DNA of 43,517 bases from Pirellulales bacterium. GTDB taxonomy: Bacteria; Planctomycetota; Planctomycetia; Pirellulales; JAICIG01. The notes under the pieces were generated by a model. The model saw only the letters and a program-made list of their open reading frames with translations. It did no database searches and was not told where the DNA came from. A program made the translations under genes and the position numbers. The stretch spans positions 1 to 43,517 of the forward strand of contig JBBDYJ010000001.1 in assembly GCA_040901675.1 (NCBI GenBank). The letters run 5' to 3'. Of the stretch, positions 17,925 to 26,006 are shown one piece after another; position 1 is the stretch's first letter; each line of letters starts with the position of its first letter.

Positions 17925-17955
17925 TTGACATATCCACATACACTAACGTAAGTGT
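17925..17955 (+). promoter_or_regulatory. Putative toxin-antitoxin promoter (-35 TTGACA) and ACACT-N6-AGTGT palindrome
   Basis: TTGACA at 17925..17930. Inverted repeat at 17940..17955, just upstream of the antitoxin RBS. The -10 box is not clear-cut. Confidence 0.5.
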
Positions 17956-17980
17956 TCCAATTCTTCGGGAGGAGACGCCA

Positions 17981-18229
17981 ATGGCCAGCGAAACCGTGCG
18001 GATTCGACCCGAAACCCACGCCCAGCTCAAAGCGTTGGCAAAACAATCGGGGCAGTCGATGCCTGAGTTGCTGGATAAGGCCATCGAGGCCTATCGGCGA
18101 CGGCTGTTCCTGGAAGAGGGGAACCGCGAGTTCGCGGCCCTTCGCACCGATCGGAAGGCTTGGGAACAAGAGCAGAAGGAGCGGGCCGAGTGGCAGAACA
18201 CACTGACCGACGACCTCAAGGATGATTGA
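17981..18229 (+). CDS. Ribbon-helix-helix antitoxin (type II TA)
   Basis: RBS GGAGGAG. RHH-like ETVRIRPETHAQLKALA...LLDKAIEAY with acidic C-terminus. Directly precedes a mazF-like remnant. Confidence 0.8.
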   Translation: MASETVRIRPETHAQLKALAKQSGQSMPELLDKAIEAYRRRLFLEEGNREFAALRTDRKAWEQEQKERAEWQNTLTDDLKDD

Positions 18230-18231
18230 GG

Positions 18232-18416
18232 ATGCCGTATCCCAAACGCGGGGAGATTTGGCTGGTTGATTTGAGCCCGACTCGAGGCCGCGAACAATCA
18301 GGTGCGAGGACGTCCGTTCCGTCGCGCGCGAGCGACTGTTGAAGCGTTGGGGAGCCGTCGCACGGCCTACACTTGAAGCGGTCGAAGACCGGGTTCGAGT
18401 TCTCTTGGAGCTATAA
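18232..18416 (+). pseudogene. mazF: PemK/MazF toxin pseudogene (internal deletion and frameshift)
   Basis: Frame 1 reads MPYPKRGEIWLVDLSPTRGREQSG. A shifted frame reads CEDVRSVARERLLKRWGAVARPTLEAVEDRVRVLLEL*. The central RPxxVxS region is missing. Only 185 nt in total. Confidence 0.85.
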
Positions 18417-18488
18417 GCCAATGGCACAATGTTTGCTCCTTCGCCGTCGCTGTGTAGAGGACATCCCCGGCAATTTGAGGTACAAAAC

Positions 18489-19334
18489 ATGTTCGGCCGG
18501 TCGTATCGGCGGGCGCCGCGGCGGCGGTCGTGGCTTTCGGGCAGGTTAGTGATCGCGGCGATCATCGCCATCGTGTCCTTGATCTCCTATTACGGCAGCG
18601 GCAGCCGAAACCCGCTGACCGATGAGGTGCAGCGGGTGGCCATGTCGCCCGAGCAGGAGATCGCCATGGGGCTGCAAGCGGCCCCGGAAATGGCCGCACA
18701 GCATGGCGGGCTGCATCCGGATGAACAATCGCAGGAGTTGGTCGACCGGATTGGCCGGCGGCTGATCGAGTCGGTGGCTGCCAAGGTGCCGTACCGGTTC
18801 GAATTCCACGTCCTGGCCGACGAGCAGACTATCAACGCTTTTGCCCTGCCCGGCGGCCAGGTGTTCTTGACAGCCGGGCTGCTCCAACGGCTCGATTCCC
18901 AAGGGCAGATCGCCGGCGTGCTGGCGCACGAGATCGGCCACGTGATCGAACGGCATGGGGCCGAGCACCTGGCCAAGGCCCGCCTGACGCAGGGGCTGAC
19001 CGGGGCGGCGGTAATCGCCACATACGATCCCAACGACCCGCGGACTCGCAACTCGGCGGCCGTGGCCATGGCCATCGGCCAACTGGTGAACATGCGGTTC
19101 GGTCGCCAGGATGAGCTGGAGTCGGACAAGTGGGGCGTCAAGCTCACGGCCGAGGCCGGCTACGACCCCCGTTCGATGATCCGCGTGATGGAGGTGCTCC
19201 GCGAGGCGGGCGGGGGCGGCCGAATGCCCGAATTCTTCAGCACGCATCCCGACCCCGGCCGGCGGATCGAACGCATCCAGGACGCCATCCACGAAGCTTT
19301 CCCGGAAGGTGTTCCGGATGGACTGGAAGCGTAG
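18489..19334 (+). CDS. M48 family Zn metallopeptidase
   Basis: N-terminal TM anchor. Motifs INAFALPGG, VLAHEIGH (HExxH), ELESD, AGYDP, FFSTHP. Start ATG 18489 after TGAGG. Confidence 0.93.
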   Translation: MFGRSYRRAPRRRSWLSGRLVIAAIIAIVSLISYYGSGSRNPLTDEVQRVAMSPEQEIAMGLQAAPEMAAQHGGLHPDEQSQELVDRIGRRLIESVAAKVPYRFEFHVLADEQTINAFALPGGQVFLTAGLLQRLDSQGQIAGVLAHEIGHVIERHGAEHLAKARLTQGLTGAAVIATYDPNDPRTRNSAAVAMAIGQLVNMRFGRQDELESDKWGVKLTAEAGYDPRSMIRVMEVLREAGGGGRMPEFFSTHPDPGRRIERIQDAIHEAFPEGVPDGLEA

Positions 19335-19420
19335 GAAGGCAGAAGGGTGAAGGCAGAAGGGTGAAGGCAGAAGGGTGAAGGCAGAAGGATGAAGGCAGAG
19401 GGGTGAAGGCAGAGGGCAGA
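19335..19420 (+). repeat. Tandem heptamer/14-mer repeat (GAAGGCAGAAGGGT) x ~6
   Basis: Read directly. A reverse-complement array (TTCTGCC)n lies at 19563..19586 and a (CAGCCTA)n array at 19476..19495. Confidence 0.9.
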
Positions 19421-19593
19421 ACAGGAACACGGACGAAGACTGGGGCACGCTACCGCTTTGCCGCCAGCCACCCGCCAGCCTACAGCCTACAGCCTGGGCG
19501 TCGGCGGATGGTCCTCGCTGGCGCGTCGCGTTAATATGGGACGCGCGTCCCGTGTCCAGCGGTTCTGCCTTCTGCCTTCTGCCTTCAAATCCC

Positions 19594-21375
19594 ATGCTGC
19601 GAATCCAGGTCAGCAACAAACAGCAAGAGCGGCGGCTGGAGCATGCGGCCGGGCCGCTGGAGTTTGGCCGCATTCCGCAGCCGGGCGCGCAGCGGGTCGT
19701 GTTGGACGATCCGCACGTCTCACGCAACCAACTGCGGATCCGCGAACGATCGAGCGGCCACCTGGAGGTCGAGAACCTCAGCCAGCGGACGGCGGTGTAC
19801 GTGGGCGACGGAACGGTGCTCGATCCGGGGGCCAGCCGCGAATTCGAGCTGCCGGTGCGGCTGACGGCCGGCACCACCTTGATCGAAATCGGCGCGATGA
19901 CGCTCGAAGACTCGTCGGGCGCCAACTGGCGGACCGTCACGCAGCCGATGCGCCATATCAGCGACCTGGGCGAGAAGCTGAACCTGGCCGACATCGGCGA
20001 CTCGCTCACGCCCGAGACGCTGGCCTACTGGTTCGAAACGGTGATCGCCGTCCAGCGGTCGGCAGCCGGCTCGCCCGAGTTCTACCAGGAAACCGCCCGC
20101 GCCGTGGTCGACCTGGTGGGGCTCGACCTGGGACTGGTCATGCTGCGGCGGGCGGCCCCGGCCGGCGCAGATCCCTGGGAGGTGGTCGCCAGCCACTCGA
20201 CCGAGGCCGGCTCGAAAGCCGTCTTCAGCCGCACCATCCTCCAGCGCGTGCTCGAAGAGCGGCGGACGTTCTTTCGCGTGCCCGAGATCAAGGACTCGAC
20301 CGGCAGCCTGCTGGGCGTCGAGTCGGTGGTGGTCTCGCCCATCTTCGATCCGCAGGATGAGATCGTGGGGGTCGTCTACGGCTTGCGCACCGGCTCGGGC
20401 GGTCCCCGCTCCGCGGGGATCAAGCCGCTGGAGGCCCAGGTGGTGCAATTGCTGGCGGCGGCCGTGGGCGCCGGGCTGGCCCGCGTCCAGCGCGAGGCCG
20501 AGGCCGCCCGCTCGCGCGTGCAGCTCGAACAGTTCGTCTCCGCCGAAGTGGCCCGCGAGCTGGAACGCGATCCGACGATGCTCGATGGCCGCGACCGCGA
20601 AGTGACGATCCTGTTCAGCGACATCCGCAATTTCACGCGGCTTTCGGCACGGCTGGGACCGGTCGATACGTTCCTCCTGGTCCGCGACGTGATGGAGCGG
20701 CTCACCGACTGCATCAAGCAGCACGATGGAACGCTGGTCTACTATATCGGCGACGGCCTGCTGGCCATGTGGAACGCGCCGGCCGACCAGCCCAATCACG
20801 CCGAGCTGGCCTGCCGGGCAGGATTGGCCATGCTGGCTCAGCTCCCCGAGCTCAGCGCCACCTGGCAAGCCCGGGTCGGCGCGCCGATTGCGCTGGGAAT
20901 CGGGCTCAACACCGGGCCGGCGCGGGTCGGCAACACGGGCAGCCGCAGGCGCTTCAGCTATGCTCCGCTGGGCCACACGGTCAACCTGGCCAGCCGGGTC
21001 GAGGGAGCCACCAAGCACCTGGGAGTCCCGCTGTTGATCACCGGCTCGACCCGGGCCCTGCTGGGCAATAAGTTTGCCACCCGCCGCCTGTGCCAGGCGC
21101 GGCTGCAAGGCATCGAGACGGCCGTCGACCTCTGCGAGCTGCACGCCGAGCAGGCCGCCGACGGCTGGCTGGCCAATCGCGACGCCTACGAGCACGGCCT
21201 GGAGCTGTACGAGGCGGGCCGCTGGGCCGAGGCCTGCCGGGAAATCTATCCCTTGCTATCCGAGAGTCCGGGCAAGTACGATGTGCCCAGTCTGACGCTG
21301 GTCGGCCGGGCGATCGACTGTCTCAAACGCCCCCCCGAACGGTTCGACCCGGTGGTCGAGTTCTTGCAGAAGTAG
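19594..21375 (+). CDS. Class III nucleotidyl cyclase with N-terminal FHA and GAF-like domains
   Basis: FHA motifs FGR and DPHVSRNQ. GAF-like SRTILQRV and SVVVSPI. Cyclase motifs ILFSDIRNFT, IGDG, IGLNTG, GNTGS, GHTVNLASRVEG. Confidence 0.9.
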   Translation: MLRIQVSNKQQERRLEHAAGPLEFGRIPQPGAQRVVLDDPHVSRNQLRIRERSSGHLEVENLSQRTAVYVGDGTVLDPGASREFELPVRLTAGTTLIEIGAMTLEDSSGANWRTVTQPMRHISDLGEKLNLADIGDSLTPETLAYWFETVIAVQRSAAGSPEFYQETARAVVDLVGLDLGLVMLRRAAPAGADPWEVVASHSTEAGSKAVFSRTILQRVLEERRTFFRVPEIKDSTGSLLGVESVVVSPIFDPQDEIVGVVYGLRTGSGGPRSAGIKPLEAQVVQLLAAAVGAGLARVQREAEAARSRVQLEQFVSAEVARELERDPTMLDGRDREVTILFSDIRNFTRLSARLGPVDTFLLVRDVMERLTDCIKQHDGTLVYYIGDGLLAMWNAPADQPNHAELACRAGLAMLAQLPELSATWQARVGAPIALGIGLNTGPARVGNTGSRRRFSYAPLGHTVNLASRVEGATKHLGVPLLITGSTRALLGNKFATRRLCQARLQGIETAVDLCELHAEQAADGWLANRDAYEHGLELYEAGRWAEACREIYPLLSESPGKYDVPSLTLVGRAIDCLKRPPERFDPVVEFLQK

Positions 21376-21598
21376 CCGCCGCGCATGGCGGACGCGCTTC
21401 TCGTCAGCCCCGCGAGCGGGCACCGGGCCAACGGTTGCCGTGCTGCAGCCTCCAGCCTCAACCTGACAACTGGGGTGGCGCTTGGCTCCAGGGACCCACG
21501 GCACCCAAGGCGAGGTCTCCGGATTTTCTTTGTAATCGGTTGCAGCGGCCACAATAATCCCGTACACGCGGCCCGGCAAACACATTCGAGGAACCACC

Positions 21599-22657
21599 AT
21601 GGCCATTCAGAGCAGCGTGAACCCACTGACGACTTCGAGTCCCTTGGCAACCGGCCAGCTCGACCAGTCCGATCTGAAGGCGGCCGAGCAGCTCACCGAG
21701 GCCTACCGGCGGATGACCGAGCAGCTTGGCCAGGTGATCGTGGGCCAGGGCGAGGTGCTCAAGCAGGTGCTGATCGCCCTGTTCTGCCAGGGGCACTGCA
21801 TCCTCGAGGGCGTGCCCGGGCTGGCCAAGACGCTGATGATCTCGAGCATCGCCCAGCTCCTGTCGCTCAGCTTCCGCCGCATCCAGTTCACGCCGGACTT
21901 GATGCCCTCCGACATCACCGGCACGGAGATCCTGGACGAGGAGGAGGGAACGGGGCGGCGGCGGATGCGGTTCATCAAAGGGCCGATCTTCGGGCACGTG
22001 CTGCTGGCCGACGAGATCAACCGCACGCCTCCCAAGACCCAGGCGGCCTTGTTGCAGGCGATGCAGGAGTACAAGGTCACGATTGCCGGCGAGGACTTTC
22101 CGCTGGAGAAGCCGTTCCTGGTGCTGGGCACGCAAAACCCGATCGAGCAGGAAGGCACCTATCCGCTCCCGGAGGCCCAGCTCGACCGTTTCATGTTCAA
22201 GATCCTGGTCGAATACCCGAGCTTCGACGAGGAGCTGGCGATCGCCGAGGCCACCACGGCCGGCGACCTGCCCACGTTGCGGCCGATCCTGGACCGCACC
22301 GGCATCCTGGCTTTGCAGCGGACGGTGCGCAAGGTGCTCGTGGCGCGGAGCGTGTCGGCCTATGCGGTGAGCCTGGCCCGTGCCACGCGGCCCGGCTCGG
22401 ACGAGGTGCCCGACTTCGTCAACAAGTATCTGACGTGGGGGGCCGGCACGCGGGCCTGCCAGTCGCTGTTGTTGGGGGCCAAGGCGCACGCGCTGCTCGA
22501 CGGGCGGGTACACGTCTCGACGGACGACATCCGCTACGTGGCCCGGCCCGTGATGCGGCACCGGCTGGTGACGAGCTTTACGGCGGAAAGCGACGGCGTA
22601 ACGCCGGACCACATCGTCGAAAAGTTGTTCGAGACCGTGCGCGAACCGATGGAGTGA
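21599..22657 (+). CDS. MoxR family AAA+ ATPase
   Basis: Walker A GVPGLAKT. Motifs RIQFTPDLMPSDITG, LADEINR (Walker B), TQNPIEQEGTYPLPEAQLDRF. Confidence 0.96.
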   Translation: MAIQSSVNPLTTSSPLATGQLDQSDLKAAEQLTEAYRRMTEQLGQVIVGQGEVLKQVLIALFCQGHCILEGVPGLAKTLMISSIAQLLSLSFRRIQFTPDLMPSDITGTEILDEEEGTGRRRMRFIKGPIFGHVLLADEINRTPPKTQAALLQAMQEYKVTIAGEDFPLEKPFLVLGTQNPIEQEGTYPLPEAQLDRFMFKILVEYPSFDEELAIAEATTAGDLPTLRPILDRTGILALQRTVRKVLVARSVSAYAVSLARATRPGSDEVPDFVNKYLTWGAGTRACQSLLLGAKAHALLDGRVHVSTDDIRYVARPVMRHRLVTSFTAESDGVTPDHIVEKLFETVREPME

Positions 22658-22667
22658 GGCAGCCGCC

Positions 22668-23555
22668 ATGGCGCAGCGATTCCTCGATCCCGAAGGCCTG
22701 GCACGCATCGGCCCGATGGAGCTGGTGGCCCGCCAGGTCGTCGAAGGCTTTCTCACCGGGCGGCACCGCAGCCCTTACCACGGCTTTTCGGTGGAGTACC
22801 TGGACCACCGCGCGTACACGCCCGGCGACAACCTCCGCACGCTCGACTGGCGGCTGCTGGCCCGCAACGACAAGTACTTCGTCAAGTTGTTCGAGGACGA
22901 GACCAACCTGCGGGCTTCGATCCTGCTCGACTGTTCGCAGTCGATGGATTTTCGCAGCGGCAAGCTGAGCAAGCTGGAATACGGCAGCTACCTGGCGGCG
23001 GCCCTGACCTACCTGCTGCTGCGGCAGAACGACGCCGTGGGGCTGGTGATGTTCGACCAGGAAGTGCGGGAGCACCTGCCCGCGCGGGCCCGGCCCACGC
23101 AATTCCGCCGCGTGCTGGAAGTGCTCGAACGCACGGCGCCCGGCGGCGACACCAACGTGGGGAAAATCCTGCACCAGGTGGCCGAACGCGTCAAGCGCCG
23201 CGGGCTGGTGATCCTGATCAGCGACCTGATCGACGACGAGGCCCGGATCGCCGGGGGCCTGGCCCACTTCCGCCACGACCGGCACGAAGTGATCGTCTTC
23301 CACCTGATGGACGACGCCGAGCTGACGTTTCCCTACGACCGCCTGACGCGCTTCAAGGACATGGAGGGCGCGGGACGCGTCGTGGCCAATCCCAAGAGCC
23401 TCCGCAGCCGCTACCTGGCCCGCGTCAACGCCTTTACCGAGCGGCTGAAGAAGGACTGCCTCGAGCGGCGGATCAGCTACCACTTGATCAACACCAAGCA
23501 ACCTTACGACGTATCGCTGGCCGCCTGTCTCGACAAACGGTCGAGGATGGGCTGA
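22668..23555 (+). CDS. DUF58 domain protein (vWA-like)
   Basis: Motifs GRHRSPYHGFSVEY, RAYTPGD.LR..DW, KLFEDET, MIDAS-like DCSQSM, LISD. Confidence 0.93.
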   Translation: MAQRFLDPEGLARIGPMELVARQVVEGFLTGRHRSPYHGFSVEYLDHRAYTPGDNLRTLDWRLLARNDKYFVKLFEDETNLRASILLDCSQSMDFRSGKLSKLEYGSYLAAALTYLLLRQNDAVGLVMFDQEVREHLPARARPTQFRRVLEVLERTAPGGDTNVGKILHQVAERVKRRGLVILISDLIDDEARIAGGLAHFRHDRHEVIVFHLMDDAELTFPYDRLTRFKDMEGAGRVVANPKSLRSRYLARVNAFTERLKKDCLERRISYHLINTKQPYDVSLAACLDKRSRMG

Positions 23556-23584
23556 CGCGGCCCGTGGGCCTGCCGGAGCAGCCG

Positions 23585-25972
23585 ATGGACCTGGTTCACG
23601 CAAACCTCTTGTACCTGCTGCCGCTGGCGGGGATTCCCGTGCTCTTGCACCTGCTGACGCTGCACCGGCTGCGGACGGTCGAGCTGAGCACGTTCCGCTT
23701 CTTGTTCGACAGCTACGTGCACGAGCGGCGGCGGATGAAGTTCCTCGAAGCGCTGTTGGCCATGCTGCGGACGTTGTTCCTGCTGCTGCTGGTGCTGGTG
23801 TGCGCCCGGCCGGTGGTCCGCACGTGGAGCGCGCTCTTCGGCGGCGGCTCCGGACGCGACGTGGTCATGCTGGTCGACTGCTCGGCCAGCATGAACGCGC
23901 GGACCGCCGGCGTGTCGGCCCTGGAGCGGGCCAAGCTCACCGCCCGCGCGGTGGCCGAGCAGATGTCGGCCGACGATCGCCTGACGTTGTTTCGCGTGAC
24001 CGGCCGGCCGGAGGAAGTCTTCAGCCGCTTCAGCTCCGACGCCGAAGCGATCGGCGAGCATCTCGACGCGCTCGAAACCAGCCCGGCGCGGGCCAACTGG
24101 TACACGGCCCTGGCGGGAGTTTTCGGGCCCGGCTCGCCGCCGCGCTCGAAGTCGACCGTATACCTGTTCACCGACTGTCAATCGAGCGGCTGGCGCGAAT
24201 TGAGCGCCGAGGGGGTCGAGCACGCCGTCCCCGAAGGCACGCGCCTGGTGGTGGTCGACGTCGGCTCGAAGCAACCCCTGGACAACCTGGCCGTGATAGG
24301 CTCGCCGCCCGATCAGCACCGGGCCGTGGTGGGCCTGCCGTTGGTGCTGCGGCCGCAGGTGGCCAATTACTCGCAGACCGAGACCCTCGACGCCACGTTG
24401 AGCGTGTTCATCGACGAGAAAGAGGTGGACCGCGGCACGCTCTCGATCGAGCCGGGCGACGTGGGCGGGCGGGAGGTGATCTACACGCCGCGCGAACCGG
24501 GAGTGGTCCGCGGCCGGTTCCAGATCGGCGAAGACCGCTTTCCGGACGACGACGAGTATCTGTTCACGCTCTCGGTTTCGCCGCAGATCCAGGTGCTGTT
24601 GATCAACGGCAACCCGTCGGCCGACCCATTCGAGAACGAGACATTGTACCTGCAAGCCGCGCTGGCCGCGCGCGGGGACGAACCGGGCCAAAGCAACGCC
24701 GGCGGACCGGATCGATCGGCCGCGACTGTGCCCTCCCCTGCGCAGTCCTCGGGGCAGCCGAGCGCGGCCGATCCGGCACAGCTCGATCCGCCAACCCGCT
24801 ACGCGCGGTCGCTCGACGTGCGCGAGATCATGGAAGGGAGCCTGACCGTCGAGGCGCTCCGGGAAGCCAGCGTGGTGATCCTGGCCAATTGCGGCGGTCT
24901 GAACGGCCAGCACTTCGCCTGGCTGCGCGACTTTGTGCACCGGGGCGGCGGTCTGTTGATCTTTCCGGGCGAGCGGGTCAACCCCGATGTGTACAACAAC
25001 CAGTTCTTCACGGTCGGTGGGCCGCAACAGGAGCGGTTGGTCTGGGCCAGGCTGGGGCCGGTGGTGGGCGACGCGCAGAAGTTCGACACGTTCGTGCAGT
25101 TGGCCACGGTCGATTACAGCCACCCGGTGCTCAGCGTGTTCGACGACGCCGAGGCCCGTTATCTCACCACGGCCAATTTCTACCGCCGTTTTGAGCTGTC
25201 GCTCGAAGCCGGGCAAGGATCGAGCTGGACGATGGCCCGCTTCTCGGCGACAAAACTGGCCTTGGTCGAAAGCCGCTTCGGCGACGGCCGGGTGGTGCTG
25301 GCGGCCTTTCCCGCCAACGCGAAGTGGAGCAACCTGGCCTTGAAGCCCGAATTCGTGCCGCTCCTGCTGCGGATGGTGCACTACCTGGAGCACCGCGCGG
25401 CGCTGGAGGCGCCCTCGGTGGTCGGCGCCGATAGAACGGCCGAGTTCGGCCTGGAGGCGAGTTGGCTTCCGGCTGAAGGCAAGGTGATCGACGCGGCCGG
25501 ACGGACCGCCCAGATCGAGTTCCGCCGCGACGGCTCGCGGCTGGCGGGTGCCTTTGATCAGACGGCGCTCAAGGGCTTCTACACGCTGGAGGTGCAAGGC
25601 GGGCGCGTCGAGCAGCCCAAGGCGGCAAGCGCCTTGTTCGCGGTGAACCTCTCTGCCGAGGAGTCGCGGTTCACCATGGCCGGCCAGGAAGAGCTGCGCG
25701 CGTGGCTGAACGGAGCCGACCTGACGGTGGTGGATGCCTCGGCCGAAACGCAGCAACAGTTGGGCGCGATCGGCGACCAGCGCGAAGTATGGCGCTACCT
25801 GCTGCTCGGCATGTTCCTGGTCATTGGATGCGAGTTCTTCTTGGCCACGTTGGGCGGCCGGAAATCGCGACCGGACGACGAACCAGCCGCCGGCGCGCCG
25901 ATCCGCCGATCCAGTCCGCGCGCCTGGATGGCGCGGATCAGCGGCGCCGGCGAACCGCTGGCACCGAGTTGA
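23585..25972 (+). CDS. BatA N-terminal + vWA + GATase-like membrane protein
   Basis: BatA-like IPVLLHLL...LLAMLR...ARP. MIDAS DCSASM...FTD. LRDFVHRGGGLLIFPG. C-terminal TM helix. Confidence 0.88.
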   Translation: MDLVHANLLYLLPLAGIPVLLHLLTLHRLRTVELSTFRFLFDSYVHERRRMKFLEALLAMLRTLFLLLLVLVCARPVVRTWSALFGGGSGRDVVMLVDCSASMNARTAGVSALERAKLTARAVAEQMSADDRLTLFRVTGRPEEVFSRFSSDAEAIGEHLDALETSPARANWYTALAGVFGPGSPPRSKSTVYLFTDCQSSGWRELSAEGVEHAVPEGTRLVVVDVGSKQPLDNLAVIGSPPDQHRAVVGLPLVLRPQVANYSQTETLDATLSVFIDEKEVDRGTLSIEPGDVGGREVIYTPREPGVVRGRFQIGEDRFPDDDEYLFTLSVSPQIQVLLINGNPSADPFENETLYLQAALAARGDEPGQSNAGGPDRSAATVPSPAQSSGQPSAADPAQLDPPTRYARSLDVREIMEGSLTVEALREASVVILANCGGLNGQHFAWLRDFVHRGGGLLIFPGERVNPDVYNNQFFTVGGPQQERLVWARLGPVVGDAQKFDTFVQLATVDYSHPVLSVFDDAEARYLTTANFYRRFELSLEAGQGSSWTMARFSATKLALVESRFGDGRVVLAAFPANAKWSNLALKPEFVPLLLRMVHYLEHRAALEAPSVVGADRTAEFGLEASWLPAEGKVIDAAGRTAQIEFRRDGSRLAGAFDQTALKGFYTLEVQGGRVEQPKAASALFAVNLSAEESRFTMAGQEELRAWLNGADLTVVDASAETQQQLGAIGDQREVWRYLLLGMFLVIGCEFFLATLGGRKSRPDDEPAAGAPIRRSSPRAWMARISGAGEPLAPS

Positions 25973-26006
25973 TTCCGCCATCCGGCAACGAATTTTACGG
26001 AGAGCG

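Noticed and set aside
19335..19420. CRISPR array
   Set aside because: The units are contiguous 7/14-mers with no unique spacers, and no cas genes are in the window.
19594..21375. Pycsar or CBASS anti-phage system
   Set aside because: No adjacent cNMP-binding TIR or TM effector gene. The FHA-GAF architecture suggests signalling instead.
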